NCBI RefSeq assembly: GCF_004010195.1
Contig: NC_057719.1
Span: 53,625,282 to 53,689,281, forward strand
Source of the DNA: Chiloscyllium plagiosum
Lineage: Eukaryota
Length of the DNA: 64,000 nucleotides
Reading direction: 5' to 3'
Of this stretch, positions 12,071 to 24,735 are shown in pieces. Under the pieces are notes generated by a model. The model did not search any database, was not told the DNA's origin, and saw only the letters and a list, made by a program, of their open reading frames with translations. Position 1 is the first letter of the stretch. Each line of letters opens with the position of its first letter. A program made the position numbers and the translations under genes.

Positions 12071-12646
12071 CAAAACAATTTTTTTGTATAATTCAGTTCA
12101 GATTTTTAAAAAATCTGCATTGAAAAAGGTGTTCAGTTGGTCCACTGACCTTTCCTGAAATATCATGATCATTTTTAACGTTCTTAAAAGCAGATCCTTC
12201 TGCACTTTTTCCTGACAGTATCAATAATCAGAAGGGGACCGGGATATTGTGTTTATATCTTGTGGCCTCCAAATTGCATTGACTGTGTAATGCTGGTCAT
12301 TGTATTTGACATGCTGTACAGCATCAGATTGGGAGTGAAATATAATTGCAGTCTTTGATTGTAGCAGCAGTTGTGTAAGCAGTATGTGTCTGCTACATGA
12401 TAATGGCAAGTTTTCCCACTTTAATATTCCTAGCACGTATTCCTAGCGTTTATCATATAATTGTGGGCTGACAGTTTATATTTTCCCAACCCTTAAAATG
12501 AAAGGATTGAAAATCATAAATGGTTGATTGCATTATATGTGTTCTTGACATCACTGAGCACATGATGTCAGAGCCAAAGGAGCAGTTCTCCCCAGGAACC
12601 TCCCTTGTGCAAATATTATGTAGCATTCTTATGATGTATAAACACT

Positions 12647-13060
12647 TAGAGTCATAGAGTCATAGAGATATACAGCATGGAAACAGACCCTTCGGTCCAA
12701 TTCGTCCATGCCAACCAGGTATCCCAACCCAATGTAGTCCCTCTGCCAGCACACAGCCCATATTCCTCTAAACCCTTTCCATTCATATACCCATCCAGGA
12801 TGCATTTGAAACATTGCAATTGTACTGGCCTCCACCACTTCCTCTGGCAGCTCATTCCATACACGTACCACCCTCTGCGTGAAAAAGGTGCCCCTTAGGT
12901 CCTTTTTATATCTTTCCCCTCTCACCCTAAACCTATATCCTCTAGTTCTGGACTCCCCCACCCCAGGGAAGAGACTTTGTCTATTTATCCTATCCATGCC
13001 CCTCACAATTTTATAAACCTTTGCAAGTTGCTGATCTTTGAGGGGCCCTATTCTCTCCCT
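12647..13060 (-). mobile_element. CR1 3' fragment with a discontinuous 5' piece
   Basis: ORF ...VYKIVRGMDRINRQSLFP...FFTQRVVRVWNELP; (ctctatga)n tail; 13028-13060 matches a far-upstream CR1 segment (compare 46857-46889). Confidence 0.9.
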
Positions 13061-14985
13061 CATTACTCTACTCAGCTAACGCAAAAACCTATCTCACCAG
13101 TCCGAAACTGATGACATCAGGTGCAGTGTTAACTTTGAAAGCTATCTGATCCTACTTTTTATTGAAGTCAATGGACATCATTATTGGAAGGATTCTAAAA
13201 CTATTAATCCATATGATCCCATGGGTCTACTCCAGGAATCAAGCATTGTGGTCTTGACTATAGAGGCATTCCAACAAAAATAGAAATAAATTATCATTCT
13301 GTTTAGCAATTTCATTAAAGCAGTCAGAATAATTTCACAGGTGCTTGCTCGCTCCTTGACGTTTTATTTTTTAATAAATTATTTAAAACCTTGCTGTGGA
13401 GCTAAGGAAGCAAAACCCAGTTACTTAAATTTTATAGAGCCTCAGAAATCTAATGCTATTACATGGTGGATCTGGTCAGAGCAATGATGTGTCCTGACAG
13501 CTTTATAAAAGAAGGCCAAATCGATGTCATCTCAGTAGAGTTAATATGAAGTCTAGTTACTCTGACAGTCTGCTAGCTTTAATTTATTTTTACAATTTAA
13601 CACATTTGTATAAACAGTGCTTTGCACTGATGCAACTAAAACTTAATCAAATATTCAGAATATTTGCATATACTCTCATGACCATTCTTGTTCGGCTCAT
13701 TAAAGGTAACCAGAGAAAGTATGTTGAATTTATACTATGTATGCTCTCATAATTTTGTTTCACAGTTTGATAAGGGGGATATTCTTTGGTTGGACAGTGG
13801 CTATTAGAAAGTCAGGCATTTGGGTTGTGTGTGGGTAAATATAGCCTGCTTCATTTAAGAAAGGAGATTTAGGTGGCTTCCTTTACAGGTATGAGCAGCA
13901 AAGTGCTTGATTTTCCAAAACTCATTCTGCTGATCTAGTGTCCTTGAGCATTGACTCAGGAAAGCCATATTGTATATTTTAGATATACTTCAGGATTATT
14001 CAGGCATGTTTGCAAAATATACTGCATGTTATTGTTTTAATTCTTTTTTTTGCTGCTGGATGATAATATGAACCTCAATTATAAAACATACAGGACTTGG
14101 GAATACAGACAGAAGGTGATATTTGACAAAAAGATACATAATCATTGCAACATTGTAACATGCAGTTTCAGTGTGTAAGTAACTTCTTTTAAAAAGATGA
14201 ATTGACTGTTTTGTAAAAGATGATAAGGTGAGAATATAAGGCAGCTGGTTTATTTCTCTGCACAGAATATGCAGCTAATAATATAAACTAGAACTAGCCT
14301 TTTCATTAAGCTATAAATAATCAGCAGAGGTCAAGTTTTATTCCAAAGGACCAGAGTAGAAACTTTTGGCAAAGTTCTCTGGCATTCACAGTCAATGATA
14401 CAGAATTCCCTCTCCTCCTGTGTAATAGCTGCTGATATTGATTTGTCCTATGAAGAAACAATTCTGATACTCTAGTAAAGGAGATTCTATTTGGTGAAAT
14501 TTGTCATATCACACCCCAGTCTTTTCCAACTGGGCTTCTTGGTGTCAGGTGATTATGATGACTGTACTGCATTGTATTCAGTGATTGCAATACTACATCA
14601 TCACTCTTATCAAAGATTCAACTCACTATTTAATCTTCAAAGGAAGGATTGCAGAAAGCTTTTCCTTGTCCCTCACAATCTATAGCTCGGTTTCCAACAT
14701 TTAGCTAATCATCCTGATTAATTACTTTTGTTCATATGAAATGTATATGGTTCCAATAACTCGGGAAGATTTACATTTCACAAAGTGACTGAACCCATTT
14801 CTCCTTATCACAGTACTGACATGCAGGTGGCTATCAAAGTGATGTAACTGCTCTTAAAATCAGACTTGAAAAGATCACTAATTTTTTTGTGTTTTTGTAC
14901 GTCAATGATCTAACTTCAGTGGTGCTTCCATGCACTAAGGAAAGAGATATGATTTAAATTCAAGGATGCATAAAAAAATTAATGA

Positions 14986-15155
14986 TCGATTATATCTCTA
15001 ATGAAAAAAAAATCAGCCAACTTAATATTGCAGAGAAGAGACAAATGAATTGTCACACAATGCAACAATGTTTTGCAATCCTAAAGTATACCATCCAGCA
15101 AGAGGACATCATGAGTGAGCTTTTCCCAATTTTTGTTAAAGTTTTGGGCAAGTAT
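14986..15155 (+). repeat. Source copy of a ~170-bp local direct duplication
   Basis: Near-identical to 16628-16798. Confidence 0.95.
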
Positions 15156-15488
15156 ATGAGGTGGTGACTGAGGAACCAACTCACCTGACCATCAGCCAAT
15201 TCACTCATTAAGTGATAAGATGTCTATCAAAAGCTTGGACATCAGCAACCAGAGTGACCAGAAGCTGTTGGCCTTGCCTAAACGTTTGTTGGTTCAGACC
15301 TACTCTAGATGAGGTCCGTTAGCTATTAAGTAAGTCCTTTTTCTCTTCATGAGATGGGCATTGTGGAGAGCAGGGAGGCAGGGGTTGAAGTCAACAGTTT
15401 TCAAAAGCCAAATTATTGTTCCCTCATTCCTGCTTCAAATTGCTCTAAAGTGGTGGCAAAGTTGTAATCTCACAGTAAGACAAGACAC

Positions 15489-16851
15489 GAACTTGATTGA
15501 GTTTTTTGAAGAAGTAACATAGAGGATTGATGAGAGCAGAGTGTTAGATATGATATATATGGATTTCAGTGAGGCATTCAACAAGGTTCCCCATGGGAGA
15601 CTAGTGAGCAAAGTTAGATCTCATGGAATACAGGGAGAACTAGCCTTATGGATACAGAACAGGCTCGAAGCTAGAGAGTGGTGGTGGAGGGTTGCTTTTC
15701 AAACTGGAGGCCTGTGACCAGTGGAATACCAGTGGATCGGTGCTGGGTCCATTACTTTTCGTCATTTATATAAATGATTTGGATGTGAGCATAGGAGGTA
15801 TAGTTAGTATGTTTGCAGATGACACCAAAATTGGAGGTGTAGTGGACAGTGAAGAAGGTTACCTCAGATTACAATGGGATCCATATCCGATGGGCCAATG
15901 GGCTGAGAAGTGGCAAATGGAGTTTAATTTCGGGAAATGTGAGGTGTTGCAGTTTGGGAAAACAAACCTTAGCAGGATTTATATACTTAATGGTAAGGTC
16001 CTAGGGAGTGTTGCTGAACAAAGAGATATTGGAGTGCAGATAGATAGGATAGTGAAGATGGCATTTGATATGCTTTCCTTTATTGGTCATGTTATTGAGT
16101 ATAGGAGTTGGGAGGTTGTGGCTATACAGGAGGTTGGTTAGGCCACTGTTGAAATATTGCATGCAATTCTGGTCTCCTTCCTATCAGAAGGATGTTGTGA
16201 AACTTGAAAATGTTCAGAAAAGATTTACAAGGATGTTGCTCGGTTTGGAGGGTTTGAGCTGCAGGGAGATGTTGAATAGGCTGGGGCTATTTTCCCTGGA
16301 GTGTCGGAGGCTGAGGGGTGACCTTACAGAGGTTTATAAAATCATGAGGGGCATGGATAGGATAAATAGACAGAGTCTGGGGTGAGGGAGTCCAGAACTC
16401 GAGGGCATAGGTTTAGGATGAGAGGGAAAGGTATAAAATGGATCTAAGGGGCAACGTTTTCACACAGAGACTGATGCATATATAGAATGAGCTGCCAGAG
16501 GAAGTTGTAGAGGCTAGTACAATTGCAATATTTAAAAGGCATCTGAATGGGTATCTGAATAGGAAAGGTTTGGGGGAATATGGGCCAAGTGCTGGCAATT
16601 GGGACTGGATTGGGTTGGGATATATGGTCGATTATATCTCTAATGAGAAAAAAATCAGCCAACTTAATATTGCAGAGAAGAGACAAATGAATTGTCACAC
16701 AATGCAACAATGTTTTGCAATCCTAAAGTATACCCATTCAGCAAGAGGACATCATGAGTGAGCTTTTCCCAATTTTTGTTAAAGTTTTGGGCAAGTATGA
16801 GTTGGACTGAAGGGTCTGTATCTGACTGTACATCTCTATGGCTCTATGACT
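15489..16851 (+). mobile_element. 5'-truncated CR1 LINE (RT to 3' end)
   Basis: GSVLGPLLFVIYINDL..MFADDTKIGG..WAEKWQMEFN; tail ctctatggctctatgac. Confidence 0.92.
16628..16798 (+). repeat. Copy of 14986-15155 inserted in the CR1 3' UTR
   Basis: Interrupts the tail gggatatatggtcg|...|atgagttggactgaagggtctg. Confidence 0.95.
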
Positions 16852-17155
16852 GCAGTAATCCAGAACAACAGGCTAATGTTCTGGGAACATAGGTTCAAAT
16901 CCCACCATGACATTTGAATTCAATAAAAATCTTGAACTGAAATTGAGCCCAATGGCAATCATGTAACTATGTTGAATGTTGCAAAAATCCATGTGATTTA
17001 TTAATGTCTATTTATTGAAGGAGATATCCAGACCCTCAGCAATATGGTTGACTCTTAACTTCCTCTCAAATAGTCTGAGTAAGTCTGTGGATTGGAGGCA
17101 ATTAGGGATGGGTAATAAATGTAGGCCCAGCCAATGACATTCAGATCTCATGAAC
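16852..17155 (+). mobile_element. tRNA-derived SINE (same family as 7405-7790), head partly missing
   Basis: taatgttctgggaacataggttcaaatcccaccatg (B-box-like)...ggcaattagggatgggtaataaatg. Confidence 0.7.
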
Positions 17156-18429
17156 AAGTGACGAAGTGGAAGCCCTCCCCCACAACCTGGCAGTTAGGTG
17201 CCATGGTTTTCCAATCTAGACACCCCTCGTGCCTCTGGAGAGGCAGATAATCAGGATGGTGGTGTATTAAGGCCCTTAACAGATCATTAATTATTTGTGA
17301 GTTGAGAACATCACCCTTTGCTCTTGCTTGTAACTTTGTTGCAGAGGTGACAAGAAGGGGATCAGTTTCTCTCCATGGAAACCTGTCCAAATCTTTCTCC
17401 TTCTTGCCACCTCTAGGTAGGGGCAAATTGCACTCTCTGTGTCCAGTCTGTGCAGACATCAATCCTGTTGTTAATTGTTGGGAACCTTAAATATGTTATT
17501 GAAGTATAACAGATGCTCACAGACACTTTCATAAAAATGCAATTGAAGAAATCCACTCTTCACAGGATTCTTCAGCACCCCCTGTAGTCAACACCAAAAG
17601 TTGTGTTGAGTTTATTTTTAACTTTTTTTTATTGTTGTGGAGCAAGCAGAAGCAAACCCGCTGTTTTTCCAACTCCAGCGGGTTCTGAAACTTCTTAATC
17701 CAGACAGTCATCAGTTACTCCTCTTAAGTGAATCAACAACACAAGTACTGTCGCTACATTATAACAGAGGTTGGGAGCTTTATGTCGAATAACCTACTTC
17801 TTGATTCTCCAAGGAGTGTGATAGAATTCACCAGGAGTCAGGTGTCTTACAACATTTTTACTCAAGCCGCTTTTGTACATGTACAAATCTTGAAAGTTAG
17901 CAGGCTGTGAGTCTAATCCTTTCCATTACATGTGATATTTCAATAGGCATTTCTGGAGTGGGAGCCTTAGCTGTATTTTCCTCCATATATTTATCTGACA
18001 TTTATCCCAGCTAATGATTTTTTAAAGTCTGCATATTCTAAATCTGTGGGATTATTGTTGATTCAGAATGCTATTATAAATTTAAATCATTTGATTGATA
18101 TTGGACAACAGACAGCTGGGAACCTTGACAGCAGAAGAGAAGAAGTAGCATGGAGGGTTGCAAAACGTGGTTGGAGAGAGCCAGAGGATGCAAAATGAAG
18201 GTGAGTTCTTCCAGAGTTCTTCCAGCATCTCATTGCTGCTGTCTGCAAAGTTTTCTGCACTGTTCCCTTTCCGAGCTCTTGCAGCCAGGATTTCTCATCC
18301 AAGTGGAGCGGCGATGGATCAGCACCTTTCAAGAGCAAGACTGACGAGTATAGAAGATGGGCAAAGAGAAGCTTTTCTCCAACATTACCTTTTGGATTCA
18401 ATGAAGTTTTTAAAGGTTTTCTTTTATCT

Positions 18430-18810
18430 CTCATGTAAGTGAATGGGCGATTGTATGAGTGAATAGGCGATTTAGTGGACTAATGGGTAATCAGGTCAGG
18501 GTATAGCTGGGTCAGATCACATGGAGATGTAATTGGTTTGAAGCAGTTGGCAAGATTAGAGGAATAGAGTCAGGCAGTTGGGTCAGGATAATTAGGTTAG
18601 GCCAGTCATGTTGGTTTAGAGGATGGTGGGAGAGGAGAGTTAAGTTGGGTCGGGTCAGGAGGGAGATTGATTGTGGAAGGATTTGGTGGTTGATTGTGGT
18701 GCACAGTTCAGTTACCAAAGTACTAACTGAGCTATCCATTGTTACATGCCTTGGCAAGATTGGACTCAGTAGTTGGGAGTTGTACAAGGAGGATTAGATC
18801 AATCTTGGCA
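18430..18810 (+). repeat. G-rich tract, probable fourth (truncated) copy of the G-rich-core repeat
   Basis: Same strand bias and ggtcagg motifs; begins atgtaagtgaat; ends ggaggattagatc. Confidence 0.35.
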
Positions 18811-18852
18811 CGACCTGATCCAATGTCCTTGCAAAAAGATTTGACCATAAGA

Positions 18853-19860
18853 CTATAACATCATAAGAAATAGGAAGAAGATTAGACCATTCAGCCCAAT
18901 GGGCCTACCTTGCCATTCAGCAGGATCATGGCTGATTTGACATTTCTCACATCCACTTTCCTGCCCTTTCAACCAACCAATGATTTCCACACTGATCAAG
19001 AATCTGTCTATCTCAGCCTTAAATATACACATGCATTCTGCTTCCACGGCTCTCTGTGACAAGGAATTTGAAGGACTCACAATCATCTGAGAGAAGAAAT
19101 TCCTCTTCATCTCAGTCTTACATTAATTGCCCTTTATCCTAAATCAATTCATTCTGGTACAAGATTTTCTCATAAGGAGAAACATTCTTTTGACATTTAC
19201 CCTGTAAAGTCCCTTAAGAATGGATTAGATTCCCTACAGTATGGAAACAGGCCCTTTGGCCCAACAAGTCCACATCGCCTCTCCAAAGAATAACCCACCC
19301 AGACACATTCCCTTACATTTACCCCTGACTAATGCATCTAACACTATGGGCAATTTATTACGGCCAATTCACCTAACCTGCACATCTTTGGATTGTGGGA
19401 GGAAACTGGATCACCTGGAGGAAACCCATGCATACACGGGGAGAATGTGCAAACTCCACACAGACAGTCACCCGAGACTGGAATCAAACCCGGGTCCCTG
19501 GCGCTGTGAGGCAGCAGTGCTAACCACTGAGCCACTGTGCAGCCCCATGCTTCAATGCAATCACTTCTTAATCTTCTAAATTTCAACGAGTAGAGTACCA
19601 ACCTGTTTAACATTTGCTCATACCCTTCATGAATGGAGTTCATTCGTGTGAACATTCTCCAAACTGACTCCAATTCCATAAAGGGGACCTGAACTGCTCA
19701 CAATACTCTAGATCTGGTGTCACCAGAACCTTGTAGTTGTAGTAAGATTTCCTTCCTGTGATACTCCAACCCCCTTGAAATAAAGGACAATATTCAGTTA
19801 GCCTTTCTGCTTACCTGCTGCACCTGTGTGCTAGCTTTCTGTATTTATTGCACAAATACC
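18853..19860 (-). mobile_element. Old CR1 fragment
   Basis: Minus ORFs MKRNFFSQMIV..IFKAEIDRFL and LNRLVLYSLKFRRLRSD. Confidence 0.8.
19223..19546 (-). mobile_element. HE1-like V-SINE
   Basis: Same head, V-domain and tail as the other HE1 copies. Confidence 0.9.
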
Positions 19861-19929
19861 CCCATGAGCCTTCATGGTAGAGCTTTCTACTGTTTCTTCT
19901 CCCCACACACACACAGACCCTCACCCATG

Positions 19930-20567
19930 AACACTGCAGAAATAAGACTGGGCCGGAATATGAGTTGTGGGGAGGATGCAGAGAGTTTTCAATGGGATTT
20001 GGACAGACAAGAACAAGACAGATGAAATAGAACATTCAAAAATATTAATGCATCCACTTTGACAGGGAAAATAGAAATTTAGGGCATTTCCTAAATAATG
20101 AGAGATTTGGAAGTGTCAAGGTGCAAAGAAACCTGAGCCCCTTGTTATCTGAAAGCTCCATGCAGGTGCAGCAAGCAATTAGGAAGGCAATTTGTATGTT
20201 GGTATTTTCAGAAACAGGATGTTAACAGAAAGGTTTAAAAGACCAGACAGCTCTGAGAGTGATAACGGCTCTAGAATGATGATAAAAGATCTAAAAATGA
20301 CACTATTCTGAGGGAAGGATCTCCGCTTATTCTTCGAAACTCTAGAGAATTCAGGCCCAGAGTCCAAATCTCTCATCATAAAATAATCTCACCATCCCAG
20401 GAAACAGATTAGTGAACCTTTGTTGCACTCCCTCTATGACAAGTACATACTTCCTTAGGTAAGGAGACCTAACTGTACATGCTACACCAAGGGCCATCTC
20501 ACCAAGGCTCTACACAATGGCAGCAAGACATTTTTACACCTTTATTCAAAACCTCTTGTAATAAGCC
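19930..20567. mobile_element. Old CR1 fragment, rearranged (19930-20200 on +, 20318-20567 inverted); continues at 24328-24735
   Basis: The + part ends at aaggcaatttgtatgttgg. The reverse complement of 20318-20567 is the expected continuation (ttattacaagaggttttgaata...gagggagtgcaacaaaggttcac). Confidence 0.75.
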
Positions 20568-20844
20568 AGTAAAAGAGGGGGAGGTGTGACCTTGTTAGTC
20601 GAGGACAGTATAACTTTGGCTAAAAGAATGTTTGATGAGGACTTGTCTACTGAGGTAGTATGGCTGAGGTTAGAAACAGGAGAGGAGAGGTCACACTGCT
20701 GGGAGTTTTGTATAGGCCTCCGCAGAGTTCCAGAGATATTGAGGAGAGGATTGGCAAAACAATTCTGGACGGGAGTGAAAGGAACAGAATGGTCATTATG
20801 GGGTCTTTAACTTACTCAACATTGACTGGACTATAAATCTAGTA

Positions 20845-22080
20845 TTCTGGATTAGTGATGCTGGAAGAGCACAGCAGTTCAGGCAGCATCCGAGGAGCAG
20901 TAAAATCGACGTTTCGGGCAAAAGCCCTTCATCAGGAATACAGACAGAGAGTTTGAAGGAGGCAGGTAGAACAAGTCATGGAGACAGTGCTGAGCTGGAA
21001 GTTTGGAACTAGGGTGAGGTGGGGAAAGGGGAAATGAGAAAACTGTTGAAGTCCACATTGATGCCCTGGGGTTGAAGTGTTCCGCAGTGGAAGATGAGGC
21101 GTTCTTCCTCCAGGCGTCTGGTGGTGAGGGAGCGGTGGTGAAGGAGGCCTGGGACCTCCATGTCCTGGGCAGAATGGTAGGGGGAGTTGAAATGTTCAGC
21201 CACAGGGCGGTGTGGTTGATTGGTGCGGGTGTCCCGGAGATGTTCCTTAAAGCGCTCTGCTAGGAGGCGTCCAGTCTCCCCAATGTAGAGGAGATGGCAT
21301 CGGGCGCAACGGATATAATAATTGACATTGGTGGTTGTGCAGGTAAAACTTTGATGGATGTGGAAAGCTCCTTTAGGGCCTTGGATGGTGGTGAGGGAGG
21401 AGGTGTGGGCGCAGGTTTTGCAATTCCTGTGGTGGCAGGGGAGGGTGCCAGGAAGGATGGGTGGGTTGTAGGGGGGGCGTAGACCTGACCAGGTAGTCAT
21501 GGAGGTAATGGTCTTTGCGGAAGGCGGAAAGATGTGGGGATGGAAATATATCCCTGGTGGTGGGGTCTGTTTGGAGGTGACGGAAATGTCGGCAGATGAT
21601 TTGGTTTATGCAAAGGTTGGTAGGGTGGAAGGTGAGAACCATGGGCGTTCTGTCCTTGTTATGGTTGGGGGGTCTGAGGGCAGAGGTGCGGGATGTGGAT
21701 GAGATGCGTTGGAGGGCATCTTTAACCGCGTGGGAAGGGAAATTGCAGTCTCTAAAGAAGGAGGCCATCTGCGGTGTTCTGTGGTGGAACTGGTCCTCCT
21801 GGGAGCATATACGGCGGAGGCAGAGGAATAGGGAATATGGTATGGCATTTTTGCAGGAGGTAGGGTGGGAAGAGGTGTAATCCAGGTAGCTGTGGGAGTG
21901 CGTTGGTTTGTAAAAGATGTTGGTGTCAAGTTGGTCATCATTAATGGAGATGGAGAGGTCCAGGAAGGGGAGGGAGGTGTCAGAGATGGTCCAGGTAAAT
22001 TTAAGGTCAGGGTGGAATGTGTTGGTGAAGTTGATGAATTGCTCAACCTCCTCGCGGGATCACGAGGTGGCGCCAATGTG
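20845..22080 (-). mobile_element. 5'-truncated Penelope-like retroelement (RT C-terminus, GIY-YIG endonuclease, terminus with hammerhead)
   Basis: NVNYYIRCARCHLLYIGETGRLLAERFKEHLRD...HFNSPYH...EERLIFHCGTLQPQGIN; 10-bp TSD aaatctagta at 20835-20844 and 22081-22090; frameshifted. Confidence 0.93.
20904..20939 (-). ncRNA. Minimal hammerhead ribozyme motif in Penelope terminus
   Basis: Minus strand auuc-CUGAUGA-A-GGGC(UUUU)GCCC-GAAA-C-GUC-gauu; core intact. Confidence 0.8.
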
Positions 22081-24327
22081 AAATCTAGTAGGTCGGATCA
22101 ATCAGTTTTTGTCCAATGTGTGTGGGAGGGTTTCCTTGAAGGGCCAACAAGAGAGGAGGCCACACTGGATCTGGTGCTTGGTAATGAATCAGGCCAGGTA
22201 TTTGATTTAGTGGTAAGTGAGCACTTTGGAGGGAGTGACCATAATTCGGTTACGTTTAGTTTAGCGATGGAAAGGGATCGGTGCATGCCACAGGGCAAGA
22301 TTTATCGATGAGACAAGGGCAATTATAATGCGATTAGGCAAGACTAAGGATGCATAGAATGGGGTAGCAAAATGCAGGGGACGGGGACGATCGAAAGGTG
22401 GAGCTGGTTTAAGGAAAAGATATTGCGTGTCTTTGATAGATATGTCCCTGTCAGGCAGGGAGGAAGTGATAAGGTAAGGGAACCATGGTTTACTACAGAA
22501 ATTGCATCTCTTGTTAAGCAGAAGAAGAAGGCTTATGTGACGTTGAGATGGTTCAAATGAGGCAATAGAGAGTTACAGATTAGCAAGGAAGGATTTAAAG
22601 AGAGAGTTAAGAAGAGTAAAGAGAGGACATGAACAGTCTTTAGCAGGTAGATTAAAGGAGAACCCTAAAACTTTCTGTCAGTATGTGAGGAATAAAAGGA
22701 TGATGATGGTAGCAACAGGGCCAGTCAAAGGCAGAATGGGAAGTGGTGTGTGAACCCTGTGGAGATCAGAAGGTGCTAAATGAACATTTCTCATAGATTT
22801 TCACTTAGGAAAAGGAGAATATTGTAGAGGAGAAGAATAAGATACAGGATATTAGACTAGAAATGATCGAGGTTAGTAAGGAAGAAGTGTTATCAGTTCG
22901 AGAAGGAGTGAAAGTAGACAAGTCCCCTGGGCTGGATGGGATTTATCTGAGGATTCTCTGGGAAGTGAGGGAGGAGGTGTTGAAGATTTTGGCTTTGATC
23001 TTTGAGTTGTCATTGTCTACAGGTTTAATAACAGAGGATTGGAGGATTGCAAGCGTTGTGCCCTGTTCAGGATAGTCAACCCTTGGTTTCATCATGGCAG
23101 GTCATGTCTCACCTCATTGAGTTGTTTGAGAAGGTGACCAAAAGCATGTGGATGAGGGTAGGGCAGTTGACGTGGTATACATGGACTTCAGTAAAATCTT
23201 TGATAAGGTTCCACATGGTAAGCTGTTGGAGAAAATGCAGAGGCATGGAATTGAGGGTGATTTAGCAGTTTGGATTAGAAACTGGCTTTCGGTAAGAAGG
23301 CAGCGAGTGGAGGTGGATGGAAAATATTCAGCTTGGAGTCCGGTTACTAGTGGTGTGCCACAAGGGACCACTGCTGTTTTGTTATTTGTCTAAATGACTT
23401 AGACGCAGGCAAAGGTGGATGGGTTAGTATGTTTGCAGATGACACTAAAGTCAGTGGAGTAGTGTACAGTTTGGAAGAATGTTACAGGGGACTTGGATAA
23501 ACTGCAGAATTGGGCTGAGAGATGGCAAATGGAGTTCAATGCAGCTAAATGTGAGGTGATGCACTTTGGGAAGAATAACAGGAAGGCAGAATACTGGGTC
23601 AATGGAAAGATTCTTGGTAGTGTGGATGTGCAGAGGGATCTTGGAGTCCATGTGCATAGATCCCTGAAAGTTGCCACCCAAGTTGATAGTGCTGTTAAGA
23701 AGGCATACGGTGTGTTAGGTTTCATTGGTAGAGGGATTAGGTTCTGGAGCTGTAACATCATGTTGCAACTATACAAAACACTAACACAGCCGCACTTGGA
23801 ATATTGTGCACAGTTCTGGTTGCCCCATTACAAGAAGGCTGTGGAAGCATTGGAAAAGGTGCAGAGGAGATTTACCAGGATGTTGCCTTGTCTGGAGGGA
23901 AGGTCTTATGAGGAAAGGCTGAGAGACTTGGGTCTGCTCTCATTGGAAAGAAGAAGGCTAAGTGGGGATTTGATAGAGACATGCAAGAGGATCAGAGGAT
24001 TAGGTAGGGTAGACAGTGAAAGTCTTTTTCCTAGGATGATGACATCAGCTTGTACGAGGGGGCATAGCTACAAATTGAGGGATGATAGATTTAAGACAGA
24101 TGTCAGAGGCAGATTCTTTACTCAGAGAGTGGTAAGGGTATGGAATGCCCTGCCTGCCAATGTAGTTAACTTAGCCACATTAGGGAGATTTAAACAATTC
24201 TTGGATAAGCACATGGATGATGATGGGATAGTGTAGGGGGACAGGCTAAGAATAGTTCACAGGTTGGTGCAACATCGAGGTCCGAAGGGCCTGTTCTGTG
24301 CTATATTGTTCTATGTTCTCAACCAAA

Positions 24328-24735
24328 AGATTTGGACTCTGGGCCTGAATTCTCTCGAGTTTAGAATAATAAGTGGAGATCTCATTGAAGAGTACAAAAT
24401 GCAGAAAGGATGTTTCCCCTGGCTAGGAAGGGGGATGGAACAGTCAGTGCCACAAGAACAGAGTCTCAGAACAAGGGGTAAATGATTTAAAACTGTGGTG
24501 AAAAAGAATTCCTTCACTTGGAAAGCAGCTAATCTTTGGAAGTCTTCACACTGGAGGGCAGTGGAAACTTAGTATAAGAGAATTATGCACTTTTAGATAT
24601 TAAAGATACTAAGGGATATGGAGATAGTGCAAGAAAACAATTTGTTGAATTAAAACACCAGCTATGACCTAGTTGTTCGCCTGAGCAGGCTCATGGGGCA
24701 AACGTCCTACTCCTGCTGTGATGTCCTATGTTCTT
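24328..24735 (+). mobile_element. 3' remainder of the old CR1
   Basis: LGLNSLEFRIISGDLIEEYKM...; degenerate tail cctactcctgct. Confidence 0.7.

Larger units (their letters stand above)
20568..24319 (+). mobile_element. CR1/HER1-like LINE ORF2 (partial APE, RT), interrupted by a Penelope element
   Basis: SDHNSV; VDVVYMDFSKIFDKVPH; GVPQG; 247-aa C-terminal ORF 23493-24236; tail gttctatgttct. Confidence 0.95.

Noticed and set aside
14982..15167. Duplicated small gene (MIDYISNEKK...)
   Set aside because: The peptide identity merely reflects the 170-bp DNA duplication; there are no coding hallmarks.
18087..18442. Overlapping ORFs in a GC-richer patch as a coding exon
   Set aside because: No recognisable domain or consistent splice pair; it lies next to a G-rich-core repeat and may be part of it.
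23493..24236. Longest ORF (247 aa) as a host gene
   Set aside because: It is the CR1 ORF2 C-terminus of a disrupted LINE.
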